Origin: Candidatus Methylomirabilia bacterium
Lineage (GTDB): Bacteria > Methylomirabilota > Methylomirabilia > Rokubacteriales > CSP1-6
Assembly (NCBI GenBank): GCA_041496385.1
Contig: JBGQEL010000012.1
Coordinates: forward strand, 1-64,000
Direction: 5' to 3'
DNA length: 64,000 nucleotides
Under the pieces are notes generated by a model that searched no databases, was not told the origin of the DNA, and saw only the letters and a list, made by a program, of their open reading frames with translations. Positions within the stretch are counted from its first letter, which is position 1. Each line of letters begins with the position of its first letter. A program made the position numbers and the translations under genes. Of this stretch, positions 46,773 to 54,732 are shown in pieces.

Positions 46773-47357
46773 ATGCCGATCATCCTGACGCTGCTCCTCG
46801 GACTCGCCGTGGCGGGGACCGCGTGGGCCGGGCCGCTCGACGCGCCGGGCGCCGGCAAGACGCTCGTCTGCAGCGCCTGCCACGGCCCGAACGGCCAGAG
46901 CCCGTCCAGCACCATGCCGATCCTCGCGGGCATGGCGCCCTGGTCCTTCTCGAAAGCGATCCAGGACTATGCCGCGGGCCGGCGGCCCTCGCCGGAGATG
47001 GAGCCGTACGCGAAACAGGTGCTTCAGTCCGGCCTCGACGAGATCGCGGCGTTCTTCGCGGCGCAGCCGCGGCAGCCGTCGGCCGTGCGGCCCGACGCCG
47101 CCGCCGTCGAGCGCGGCCGCGCGGCCGCCGCCCAGTGTGTCGTCTGCCATGGCGCGAACGGACGGGGCGACGCGGCCAAGGGCATTCCCGACATCACGGG
47201 ACAGCCCGCGGGCTATCTCCGGAACCAGATGCTGCTCTTCAAGTCGGACCGGCGGAACCCGAACGACCAGACGCTCAAGGCCCTGAAGGCGCTCTTCGCC
47301 ACGCTGCCGGACGCGCAGCTCGCGGACCTCGCGGCCTACTACTCGAGCCTCAGGTAG
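46773..47357 (+). CDS. fccA: Diheme c-type cytochrome (FccA-like)
   Basis: Signal peptide; CSACH and CVVCH; follows fccB. Confidence 0.75.
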   Translation: MPIILTLLLGLAVAGTAWAGPLDAPGAGKTLVCSACHGPNGQSPSSTMPILAGMAPWSFSKAIQDYAAGRRPSPEMEPYAKQVLQSGLDEIAAFFAAQPRQPSAVRPDAAAVERGRAAAAQCVVCHGANGRGDAAKGIPDITGQPAGYLRNQMLLFKSDRRNPNDQTLKALKALFATLPDAQLADLAAYYSSLR

Positions 47358-47370
47358 TGCCGGCGCGCCG

Positions 47371-48156
47371 GTGACCGTCGCGTTCGGCGCCACCCTGGTC
47401 TCGCTCGGATTCTGCGGCGCGTTCGTGGCGGGCCTGCTCGGCGTGGGCGGCGCGATCGTCATGATCCCCCTGGTGCTCTACGTCCCGCCGTTCCTCGGCG
47501 TCGGGCAGCTCGACGTCAGGGCGGTCGCGGGCGTGACGATGACGCAGGTGCTCGCCGCCGCCGCCGTCGGGATGCTGGCGCACCGGCGGCACGCCGCCGT
47601 GCACGCCGGGCTCGCCTGGGTCGGCGGGCTCGCGATGGCGGCGGGCTCGCTCGTCGGCGCGCTCGCCTCGGCGTATGCGAGTGACCGGGCGCTGCTGACG
47701 GTCTTCGCGCTGATGGTGACGGCGGCCGCGGCGCTCGTGTTCGTGGGCGCGGGCGGGGACGCCGCGCGGGAGCACGAGGCGCTGCTGAGCTTCAACCGGC
47801 GCCGCGCGGCGCTCGTCGCCTCCGGCGTCGGCCTGGCCGCGGGACTCGTCGGCGCCGGCGGCGCATTCCTGCTGGTGCCGCTGCTGCTCGTCGTCGTGGG
47901 CGTGCCGATCCGGATCTCGATCGGCAGCTCGCTCGCGATCACGGCGCTGGCGGCGACCGCGGGGTTCGCCGGGAAGCTCGTGACCGGCCAGATCCCGCTG
48001 GCGCCCACCCTCGCCGTCGTCGCGGGCGCGATCCCCGGGGCGCCGCTCGGCGCGATGGTCAGCCGGCGGATGCCCCCCTTCGGACTCCGCCTGACGCTGT
48101 TCGTCGTCATCGTGCTGACGGCCGTGAAGGTGTGGCTGGATCTCCTGGGTCGTTGA
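47371..48156 (+). CDS. TauE/SafE sulfite exporter family
   Basis: GLLGVGGAIVMIP and GLVGAGGAFLLVP repeats; multiple TM segments. Confidence 0.85.
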   Translation: MTVAFGATLVSLGFCGAFVAGLLGVGGAIVMIPLVLYVPPFLGVGQLDVRAVAGVTMTQVLAAAAVGMLAHRRHAAVHAGLAWVGGLAMAAGSLVGALASAYASDRALLTVFALMVTAAAALVFVGAGGDAAREHEALLSFNRRRAALVASGVGLAAGLVGAGGAFLLVPLLLVVVGVPIRISIGSSLAITALAATAGFAGKLVTGQIPLAPTLAVVAGAIPGAPLGAMVSRRMPPFGLRLTLFVVIVLTAVKVWLDLLGR

Positions 48157-48172
48157 CCCCTCGGGGAGGCTC

Positions 48173-49705
48173 GTGCGCTACGGATTCGTGATCGACCAGC
48201 GACGCTGCATCGGCTGCCACGCGTGCACCGTCGCGTGCAAGGAAGAGAACCAGGTGCCGCTCGGCGCGTTCCGCACCTGGGTGAAGTACGTGGAGCGCGG
48301 GAGCTTTCCGCACACGCGGCGCTACTTCTCGGTCCTGCGCTGCAACCACTGCGACGCGGCGCCCTGCGTGACCATCTGCCCTACGGTCGCGCTCTACCGG
48401 CGGCCCGACGGCATCGTGGACTTCGACGGCGAGCGCTGCATCGGCTGCAAGGCGTGCATGCAGGCGTGCCCCTACGACGCGCTCTACATCGACCCCAACA
48501 CGCAGACCGCGGCCAAGTGCCACTACTGCGCCCACCGCATCGAGGTCGGGCTCGAGCCCGCGTGCGTGGTCGTCTGCCCGGAGCAGGCGATCATCGCGGG
48601 CGACCTCGACGATCCTGCCTCGCGCATTGCCCAGCTCGTCGGGCGAGAGCAGGTGCAGGTGCGGAAGGCCGAGCAGGGGACGCGGCCCAAGGTCTTCTAT
48701 CTCGGCGCCGATGCGGGCGCGCTGGTCCCGGCCCTCCAGGCGCCGGCGGAGAGTTACCTCTGGGCCCAGCGGCCCCAGGCCGAGGTGGATCTCGTGAGGA
48801 TGGTCGTCGAGGCCGAGGCGGAGGCCGGCGACCCCGCCGGCGGTGTCACGCGGACGGTATACGACGTTCCCCACGCGCCGTTCCCGTGGGGGTGGAAGGT
48901 CGCCGCCTACCTCTGGACCAAGTCGCTCGCGGGCGGCGCGCTCCTCGTCGGCGCGCTCGGCGTGGTCTCGGGCGGGGAGCCGACGGGCTTCCTGCTGGGC
49001 CTGGCCGCGCCCACCCTGGCGCTGCTCTTCCTGGCGGCGACGACGGCGCTCCTCGTCACCGATCTGAAGCGGCCGGAGCGCTTCCTTTATATCCTGTTCA
49101 AGCCCAACGTCCGGTCGTGGCTGGTCTGGGGGACGTGGATCCTCCTCGCCTACGGCGCGGTCGCCGGGCTCTGGCTCCTCGCCGCGCTCGCGGGCAACGC
49201 CGCGCTCGTCCGGCTCCTGGCGTTGCCCGCCTTCGTCCTGGCCGCGGCGACGGCGGGCTACAGCGCGTTCCTCTTCGGCCAGGCCGAGGGCCGCGACTTC
49301 TGGCAAAGCCCGCTGCTGCTGCCCCAGCTCCTGGTCGGGGCTGCGGCCGCGGGCGCCGCCGAGCTCCTGCTCGTCGCGTTCGTCTGGCGCGTGGACCTGA
49401 CGAGCCTCTGGGCGCTCAGCGTCATCATGGTCTGCGCACTCGGCCTGCAGGCGGTGATCCTCTTCGCCGAGCTCCTCGTCGCCCACGCCAGCGTGGACGC
49501 CGCGCGCGCGGCCCGGCTCATCACGCGCGGCCCCTGGCGGACGCCGTTCTGGGGCGGCGTCGTCGCGGCGGGCACTCTCCTCCCGATCATTCTCGTCTGG
49601 CCCAACCCCTACTCGGCGGCCCTCGGCGCTCTGCTGGTGCTGGTCGGCCTCTGGATCTACGAGGACGTGTGGGTGAAGGCGGGGCAGGCGATCCCGCTCT
49701 CGTGA
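48173..49705 (+). CDS. Fusion of a four-cluster 4Fe-4S subunit (NrfC/PsrB-like) and an NrfD/PsrC membrane anchor
   Basis: CIGCHACTVAC, CNHCDAAPC, CIGCKACMQACP, KCHYC..CVVVCP; then PWGWKVAAYLW, DLKRPERF, SWLVWG and TM helices. Confidence 0.88.
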   Translation: MRYGFVIDQRRCIGCHACTVACKEENQVPLGAFRTWVKYVERGSFPHTRRYFSVLRCNHCDAAPCVTICPTVALYRRPDGIVDFDGERCIGCKACMQACPYDALYIDPNTQTAAKCHYCAHRIEVGLEPACVVVCPEQAIIAGDLDDPASRIAQLVGREQVQVRKAEQGTRPKVFYLGADAGALVPALQAPAESYLWAQRPQAEVDLVRMVVEAEAEAGDPAGGVTRTVYDVPHAPFPWGWKVAAYLWTKSLAGGALLVGALGVVSGGEPTGFLLGLAAPTLALLFLAATTALLVTDLKRPERFLYILFKPNVRSWLVWGTWILLAYGAVAGLWLLAALAGNAALVRLLALPAFVLAAATAGYSAFLFGQAEGRDFWQSPLLLPQLLVGAAAAGAAELLLVAFVWRVDLTSLWALSVIMVCALGLQAVILFAELLVAHASVDAARAARLITRGPWRTPFWGGVVAAGTLLPIILVWPNPYSAALGALLVLVGLWIYEDVWVKAGQAIPLS

Positions 49706-49712
49706 GGCGCCC

Positions 49713-52541
49713 ATGAATCCGCGATCGCCCGAGCCGCTCCACCCGGCCGCCCGGGAGCTGGCCCCACCCGCGGGAGGCCTCGCGAGCTACCCGCCCGTCG
49801 AGCGCTGGGAGGATTGGGAGGAGTTCGATCCCGTCGCCTGGCCACGCAAGGTCAAGCGCCGCTACGCGCTGATCCCCACCATCTGCTTCAACTGCGAGGC
49901 CGCCTGCGGTCTGCTCGCGTACGTCGACCGGGAAACGCTCCGCATCCAGAAATTCGAGGGCAATCCCGCGCACCCGGGGAGCCGCGGGCGGAACTGCGCC
50001 AAGGGGCCGGCGACGCTCAACCAGGTGAACGACGCCGAGCGGATCCGCTATCCGCTGCGCCGGGTGGGCAAGCGCGGCGACGGGCGGTGGGAGCGCGTCA
50101 CGTGGGACGAGGCGCTCGACGACATCGCGGCGCGGATCAGGAAGGCCCTCGTCGAGGGCCGCCAGAAGGAGATCATGTACCACCTCGGGCGGCCGGGCCA
50201 CGAGCTGGTCTACCTCCAGCGCGTGTTCCACGCCTGGGGCATCGACGGCCACAACAGCCACACCAACGTCTGTTCCGCGAGCGCGCGCGCGGGCTACGCC
50301 TTCTGGCACGGCATGGACCGGCCCTCGCCCGATCACGCCAACGCGCGCTTCATCCTGCTCCTGTCCTCGCACCTGGAGACGGGCCACTACTTCAACCCCC
50401 ACGCGCAGCGCATCATGGAGGCCAAGGCGCGCGGCGCCCAGGTCTGCGTGATCGACTCGCGCCTCTCCAACACCGCCTCGATGGCCGACTGGTGGCTCGC
50501 GCCGTGGCCGGGCTCGGAGTCGGCGCTGCTCCTCGCGATGGCGAGCGTCCTGATCCGCGAGCGGCTCTACGACCGCGAGTTCGTGCGCCGCTGGATCAAC
50601 TGGGACGAGTACCTGCGCGAGGAGCGTCCCGACCTGCCGGTGACCTTCGAGGCGTTCGAGGCCGCGCTCGCCGCCCTCTACGCGCGCTACACGCCGGAGT
50701 TCGCCGCGCGCGAGAGCGGCGTGGACCCGAGCGCCATCGTCGAGGTGGCGCGCGCCGTGGGCCGCGCCGGCGGCGCGCTCGCGACCCACATCTGGCGCAA
50801 CACGGCGGCGGGCAACCTGGGCGGCTGGCAGGTGGCGCGCGCGCTCGAGCTGCTCGTGGTCCTGATGGGCGCCGTGGGGACGCCCGGCGGCACCGCGCCC
50901 AGCGCCTGGAACAAGGCGATTCCCGCGCCGCCCCTGATGCCGCCGCCCGCGAAGGTGTGGAGCGAGCTCCTGATGCCGCGCGAGTACCCGCTCGCCTTCT
51001 TCGAGATGAGCTTCCTGCTGCCGCACTTCCTGAAGGAGGGCCGCGGCAAGCTCGCGATGTACTTCACCCGCGTCTACAACCCCGTCTGGACCAATCCCGA
51101 CGGGATGTCGTGGATCGAGATGCTGACCGACGAGGCGAAGATCGAACGACACGCATGTCTCACACCGATATGGAGTGAAACGGCGTGGTTCGCCGATTTC
51201 GTGCTGCCGATGGGCCACGCCTCCGAGCGCCACGACCTCATGTCGCAGGAGACGCACGCGGCGCGCTGGATCGGGTTCCGCCAGCCCGTGCTGCGCGTGC
51301 TGCTCGAGCGGCAGGGACGGACCTTCGACCTGACCTGGCAGGCCCACGAGGCCGCCGGCCTGGGGCAGGTGTGGGAGGAGGACGAGTTCTGGATCGAGCT
51401 CTCCTGGCGCATCGATCCCGACGGCGCGCTCGGGATCCGCAAGTACTTCGAGTCGCCCTACCGTCCGGGCGAGAAGCTCCGCATCGAGGAGTTCTACCGC
51501 TGGATCTTCGAGCACAGCGTGCCCGGACTGCCCGAGGCGGCGGCGCGCGAGGGCCTCACGCCGCTCGCCTTCATGCGCAAGTACGGCGCCTTCCTCATCG
51601 AGGACCAGGTCTATCGCACCCACGAGCAGGCGCCGCCCGCGAAGGACCTCGAGGGCGCCGGCGTCGATCCCCTGACGAAGATCATCGCCAAAGGCGGCCA
51701 AGCCGTGGGCGTCGAGGTGGACGGGCGCGCGTGCCTGGGGTTCCCGACGCCGTCGCGCAAGCTCGAATTCTTTTCCAAGACGCTCAAGGACTGGCGGTGG
51801 CCCGAGCAGGCCGTGCCCGGCTACATCCGAAGCCACGTCCACTGGTCGAACATCGACCGCGGCCGCGGCGAGATGGTGCTGCTGCCGACGTTCCGCCTGC
51901 CGACGCTGATCCACACCCGGTCGGGCAACGCGAAGTGGCTCTACGAGATCTCGCACACCAATCCGCTCTGGCTGCACCCCGAGGACGCCGCGCGCCTCGC
52001 GGTCGCCACGGGCGATCTGCTCAAGGTCGCGACCGCGATCGGCCACTTCGTGGACAAGGTCTGGGTGACCGAGGCGATCCGTCCCGGCGTCGTCGCCTGC
52101 TCGCACCACCTGGGCCGCTGGCGACTCCACGAGGACGCGGGCGGCGAGCGCTGGTCGACCGCGCTCGTGGACCTCACGCAGCTCCAGCCGGGCCGCTGGC
52201 TCATGCGGCAGGTCCACGGCGTCCGGCCGTTCGCGAGCGACGATCCCGACTCCGGACGGATCTGGTGGGAGGAGGCGGGCGTCCACCAGAACCTCACGTT
52301 CCCCGTCCAGCCCGATCCCGTGAGCGGCCAGCACTGCTGGCACCAGAAGGTGACCGTGACGAAGGCGGGACCCGACGAGCGCTACGGGGACATCTTCGTG
52401 GACACGAACAAGTCCTTCGAGGTGTACCGCCAGTGGCTCGCCCTGGCCCGCCCCGCGCCCGGTCCCGGCCGGCTGCGCCGGCCGCTCTGGCTGCCGCGCG
52501 CCTTCAAGCCCGACGCCTCCGCCTATCGCATCGATCCCTGA
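49713..52541 (+). CDS. Molybdopterin oxidoreductase catalytic subunit (Psr/Arr/Ttr-like), no Tat signal
   Basis: CFNCEAAC...C Fe-S motif, HTNVCS putative Mo-ligand Cys, SETAWFADFVLP, FPTPSRKLEF, HTRSGN. Confidence 0.85.
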   Translation: MNPRSPEPLHPAARELAPPAGGLASYPPVERWEDWEEFDPVAWPRKVKRRYALIPTICFNCEAACGLLAYVDRETLRIQKFEGNPAHPGSRGRNCAKGPATLNQVNDAERIRYPLRRVGKRGDGRWERVTWDEALDDIAARIRKALVEGRQKEIMYHLGRPGHELVYLQRVFHAWGIDGHNSHTNVCSASARAGYAFWHGMDRPSPDHANARFILLLSSHLETGHYFNPHAQRIMEAKARGAQVCVIDSRLSNTASMADWWLAPWPGSESALLLAMASVLIRERLYDREFVRRWINWDEYLREERPDLPVTFEAFEAALAALYARYTPEFAARESGVDPSAIVEVARAVGRAGGALATHIWRNTAAGNLGGWQVARALELLVVLMGAVGTPGGTAPSAWNKAIPAPPLMPPPAKVWSELLMPREYPLAFFEMSFLLPHFLKEGRGKLAMYFTRVYNPVWTNPDGMSWIEMLTDEAKIERHACLTPIWSETAWFADFVLPMGHASERHDLMSQETHAARWIGFRQPVLRVLLERQGRTFDLTWQAHEAAGLGQVWEEDEFWIELSWRIDPDGALGIRKYFESPYRPGEKLRIEEFYRWIFEHSVPGLPEAAAREGLTPLAFMRKYGAFLIEDQVYRTHEQAPPAKDLEGAGVDPLTKIIAKGGQAVGVEVDGRACLGFPTPSRKLEFFSKTLKDWRWPEQAVPGYIRSHVHWSNIDRGRGEMVLLPTFRLPTLIHTRSGNAKWLYEISHTNPLWLHPEDAARLAVATGDLLKVATAIGHFVDKVWVTEAIRPGVVACSHHLGRWRLHEDAGGERWSTALVDLTQLQPGRWLMRQVHGVRPFASDDPDSGRIWWEEAGVHQNLTFPVQPDPVSGQHCWHQKVTVTKAGPDERYGDIFVDTNKSFEVYRQWLALARPAPGPGRLRRPLWLPRAFKPDASAYRIDP

Positions 52542-52552
52542 TGATCGCTCGA

Positions 52553-52577
52553 TTCGCCGTGGCGAACGGCGTATATT
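52553..52577 (+). promoter_or_regulatory. Putative sox promoter: dyad plus -10
   Basis: TTCGCC-GT-GGCGAA dyad at 52553-66; TATATT at 52572-77, 9 nt before the soxY ATG. Confidence 0.4.
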
Positions 52578-52586
52578 GACTCCGCG

Positions 52587-53078
52587 ATGACGGACGCATT
52601 CGACCTCACGCGACGGACGCTGCTGGGAACGCTCGGCGTCCTCGGCGTGGCGGCGCTGGCGGGCGGCCTCGCGGCGCCCGAGGGCGCCGGCGCGCAGCAG
52701 CTCGGGCTGCAGGAGACGATCGACGAGGCCCTGAAGCGTGTCTTCGGCGGGCGGCCCATTAAGGACGGCTCGGGCGCGATCAAGCTCGATATCCCGGCGA
52801 TCGCCGAGAACGGCGCGCTCGTGCAGACGGGCGTGACCGTCGAGTCGCCGATGACGCCGGCGAACCACGTCAAGCACATCTGGATCGTCGCCGACAAGAA
52901 CCGGATCCCCGTCGTGTTCGTCGCGACGCTCACGCCGGAGGCGGGCCGCGCCTCCGTCGGCGCCACGATCCGGCTCGGCGAGACGGGTGACGTTCGCGCC
53001 ATCGTGGAGCAGAGCGACGGCACGCTGCTCCAGGTGAAGCGCGAGGTCAAGGTCACCGTCGGCGGCTGCGGAGGCTGA
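52587..53078 (+). CDS. soxY: Sulfur carrier protein SoxY
   Basis: Tat signal TRRTLL; PAIAENG; C-terminal VKVTVGGCGG. Confidence 0.95.
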   Translation: MTDAFDLTRRTLLGTLGVLGVAALAGGLAAPEGAGAQQLGLQETIDEALKRVFGGRPIKDGSGAIKLDIPAIAENGALVQTGVTVESPMTPANHVKHIWIVADKNRIPVVFVATLTPEAGRASVGATIRLGETGDVRAIVEQSDGTLLQVKREVKVTVGGCGG

Positions 53079-53084
53079 GCGCGC

Positions 53085-53417
53085 GTGTCCGACATCGGCA
53101 AGGTGCGCATCCGGATTCCCTCGAGCATCAAGCCCGGTGACGTCGTCCAGGCGCGCACGCTCGTCATCCACCCCATGGAGCGCGTCGAGCGCGACCGGCA
53201 GGGCCGCGTCATCCAGAAGAACTACAGCTACATCACCCGGGTGGTCGTGACCTACCTCGGCAAGACGGTCGTCACCTTCGACACGACGCAGGGCGTGAGC
53301 GAGAACCCGTTCTTCTCGTTCACGTTCCGCGCGACGGATCCGGGCCAGCTGAAGGTCCAGTTCCTGGACACGACGGGTGGCCGGTACGAGGGCACGACCG
53401 ACATCACGTTCTCCTGA
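53085..53417 (+). CDS. soxZ: Sulfur carrier partner SoxZ
   Basis: HPME, VSENPFFSF; follows soxY. Confidence 0.92.
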   Translation: MSDIGKVRIRIPSSIKPGDVVQARTLVIHPMERVERDRQGRVIQKNYSYITRVVVTYLGKTVVTFDTTQGVSENPFFSFTFRATDPGQLKVQFLDTTGGRYEGTTDITFS

Positions 53418-53436
53418 CGGAGCGCGCCGGGCGTCC

Positions 53437-54732
53437 ATGCACGCGCCGCGCGCTCTGCCCTCGATCCTGCTGGCCGCGCTCGCTCTCGGCTGCGCCGCCG
53501 CCACCGAGCGTCCCGCCGACGGCGTTCCGGCCTGGACCACGCGCGCGATCCCCGAGGCGCGCGGCGACGTCCGCGTGGCGCCGGATGGCACGCGCGTCGC
53601 GATCCGGTACCGCGGCTGGACGACGCGCGACTTCGGCGCCTTCCGCACCTACGCCTACGACGACACGCGCCCCGAGCCGCGCGTCGCGCGCGCGGCGGCG
53701 CCGTCGGGCGTGACGGGCGACGCCGCGCGCGGGCGGCGCCTCTTCCTCGACCGCGCGAAGGGCCCGTGCACCGGCTGCCACCTGGTGCCGGGTGACGACG
53801 TCTGGCCCGCCGGCAACGTCGGCCCCGATCTCTCGACGCTCGGCGCTCGCGACCTCGCCGACGCGTACCTCTACCAGCAGCTCTTCGACCCGCGCGTGAC
53901 CTTCCCGAAGACCTCGATGCCGCCGTGGGGCGCCGCCGGCGCCTTCACGCCCGCCGAGCTCGCGGACCTCGTCGCGTACCTCCAGACGCTCCGCGGGCCC
54001 GTGCCGCCCGAGCGCGATCGCGACCGCGACCCCGCCACGCGGGGCAAGCCCCCGGGCTTCGGCGACAACCTCGATCCCACGAACAATCCGGCCGTGCTGC
54101 TGGCCGAGGACGCCGAGGCGCGCTGGGCGTCGCCGGGCCCGGCGGGAAAAGCGTGCGCGGGCTGTCACGAGGGAGGGCCCGCGCGGGCGATGAAGGGCGT
54201 CGCCACGCGCTACCCGAGGCACGTCCCGGCGTGGCGCCGCGTGATGAGCCTCGAGGACTTCCTCGAGGTCCACGGCCCCGGGACGACCGGGCGCGCCTAC
54301 CCGCTCGAGTCCGCCGAGAACCTCACGATGACGATCCTCGTCAAGATGGCGTCCAACGGCCTGCCGCAGGCACTCGACACGACCAGCCCCGAGGCGCGGG
54401 CGGCCATCCGCCGGGGCCGGGCGACCTTCGAGCGTCGCGTCGGCGAGCGCAACCACGCGTGCGCCGACTGTCACACGCCCGAGCACGGCGCCGGACGGTT
54501 TCTCGGCGGCCGTCTGCTGGCCGACGTGAGCGCGGGGCTCACGCGCCACTTCCCGACGTGGCGCACGAGCCAGGGCGAGGTCTGGGACCTGCGCAAGCGC
54601 TTCCAGTGGTGCATGACGCCGCTCGGGGCGAACATGCTCGCGGCCGACGCGATCGAGTACGCGGAGCTGGAGCTCTACCTGGCGACGTTCGACGTCGGCA
54701 AGCCGCTGAGCGTCCCCGGGATCCGCCACTGA
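53437..54732 (+). CDS. soxXA: Fused SoxX-SoxA triheme cytochrome, putative lipoprotein
   Basis: LALG-C lipobox; SoxX part KGPCTGCH...GNVGPDL...MPPWG; SoxA part CAGCH, CADCH, FPTWR, RFQWC. Confidence 0.85.
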   Translation: MHAPRALPSILLAALALGCAAATERPADGVPAWTTRAIPEARGDVRVAPDGTRVAIRYRGWTTRDFGAFRTYAYDDTRPEPRVARAAAPSGVTGDAARGRRLFLDRAKGPCTGCHLVPGDDVWPAGNVGPDLSTLGARDLADAYLYQQLFDPRVTFPKTSMPPWGAAGAFTPAELADLVAYLQTLRGPVPPERDRDRDPATRGKPPGFGDNLDPTNNPAVLLAEDAEARWASPGPAGKACAGCHEGGPARAMKGVATRYPRHVPAWRRVMSLEDFLEVHGPGTTGRAYPLESAENLTMTILVKMASNGLPQALDTTSPEARAAIRRGRATFERRVGERNHACADCHTPEHGAGRFLGGRLLADVSAGLTRHFPTWRTSQGEVWDLRKRFQWCMTPLGANMLAADAIEYAELELYLATFDVGKPLSVPGIRH

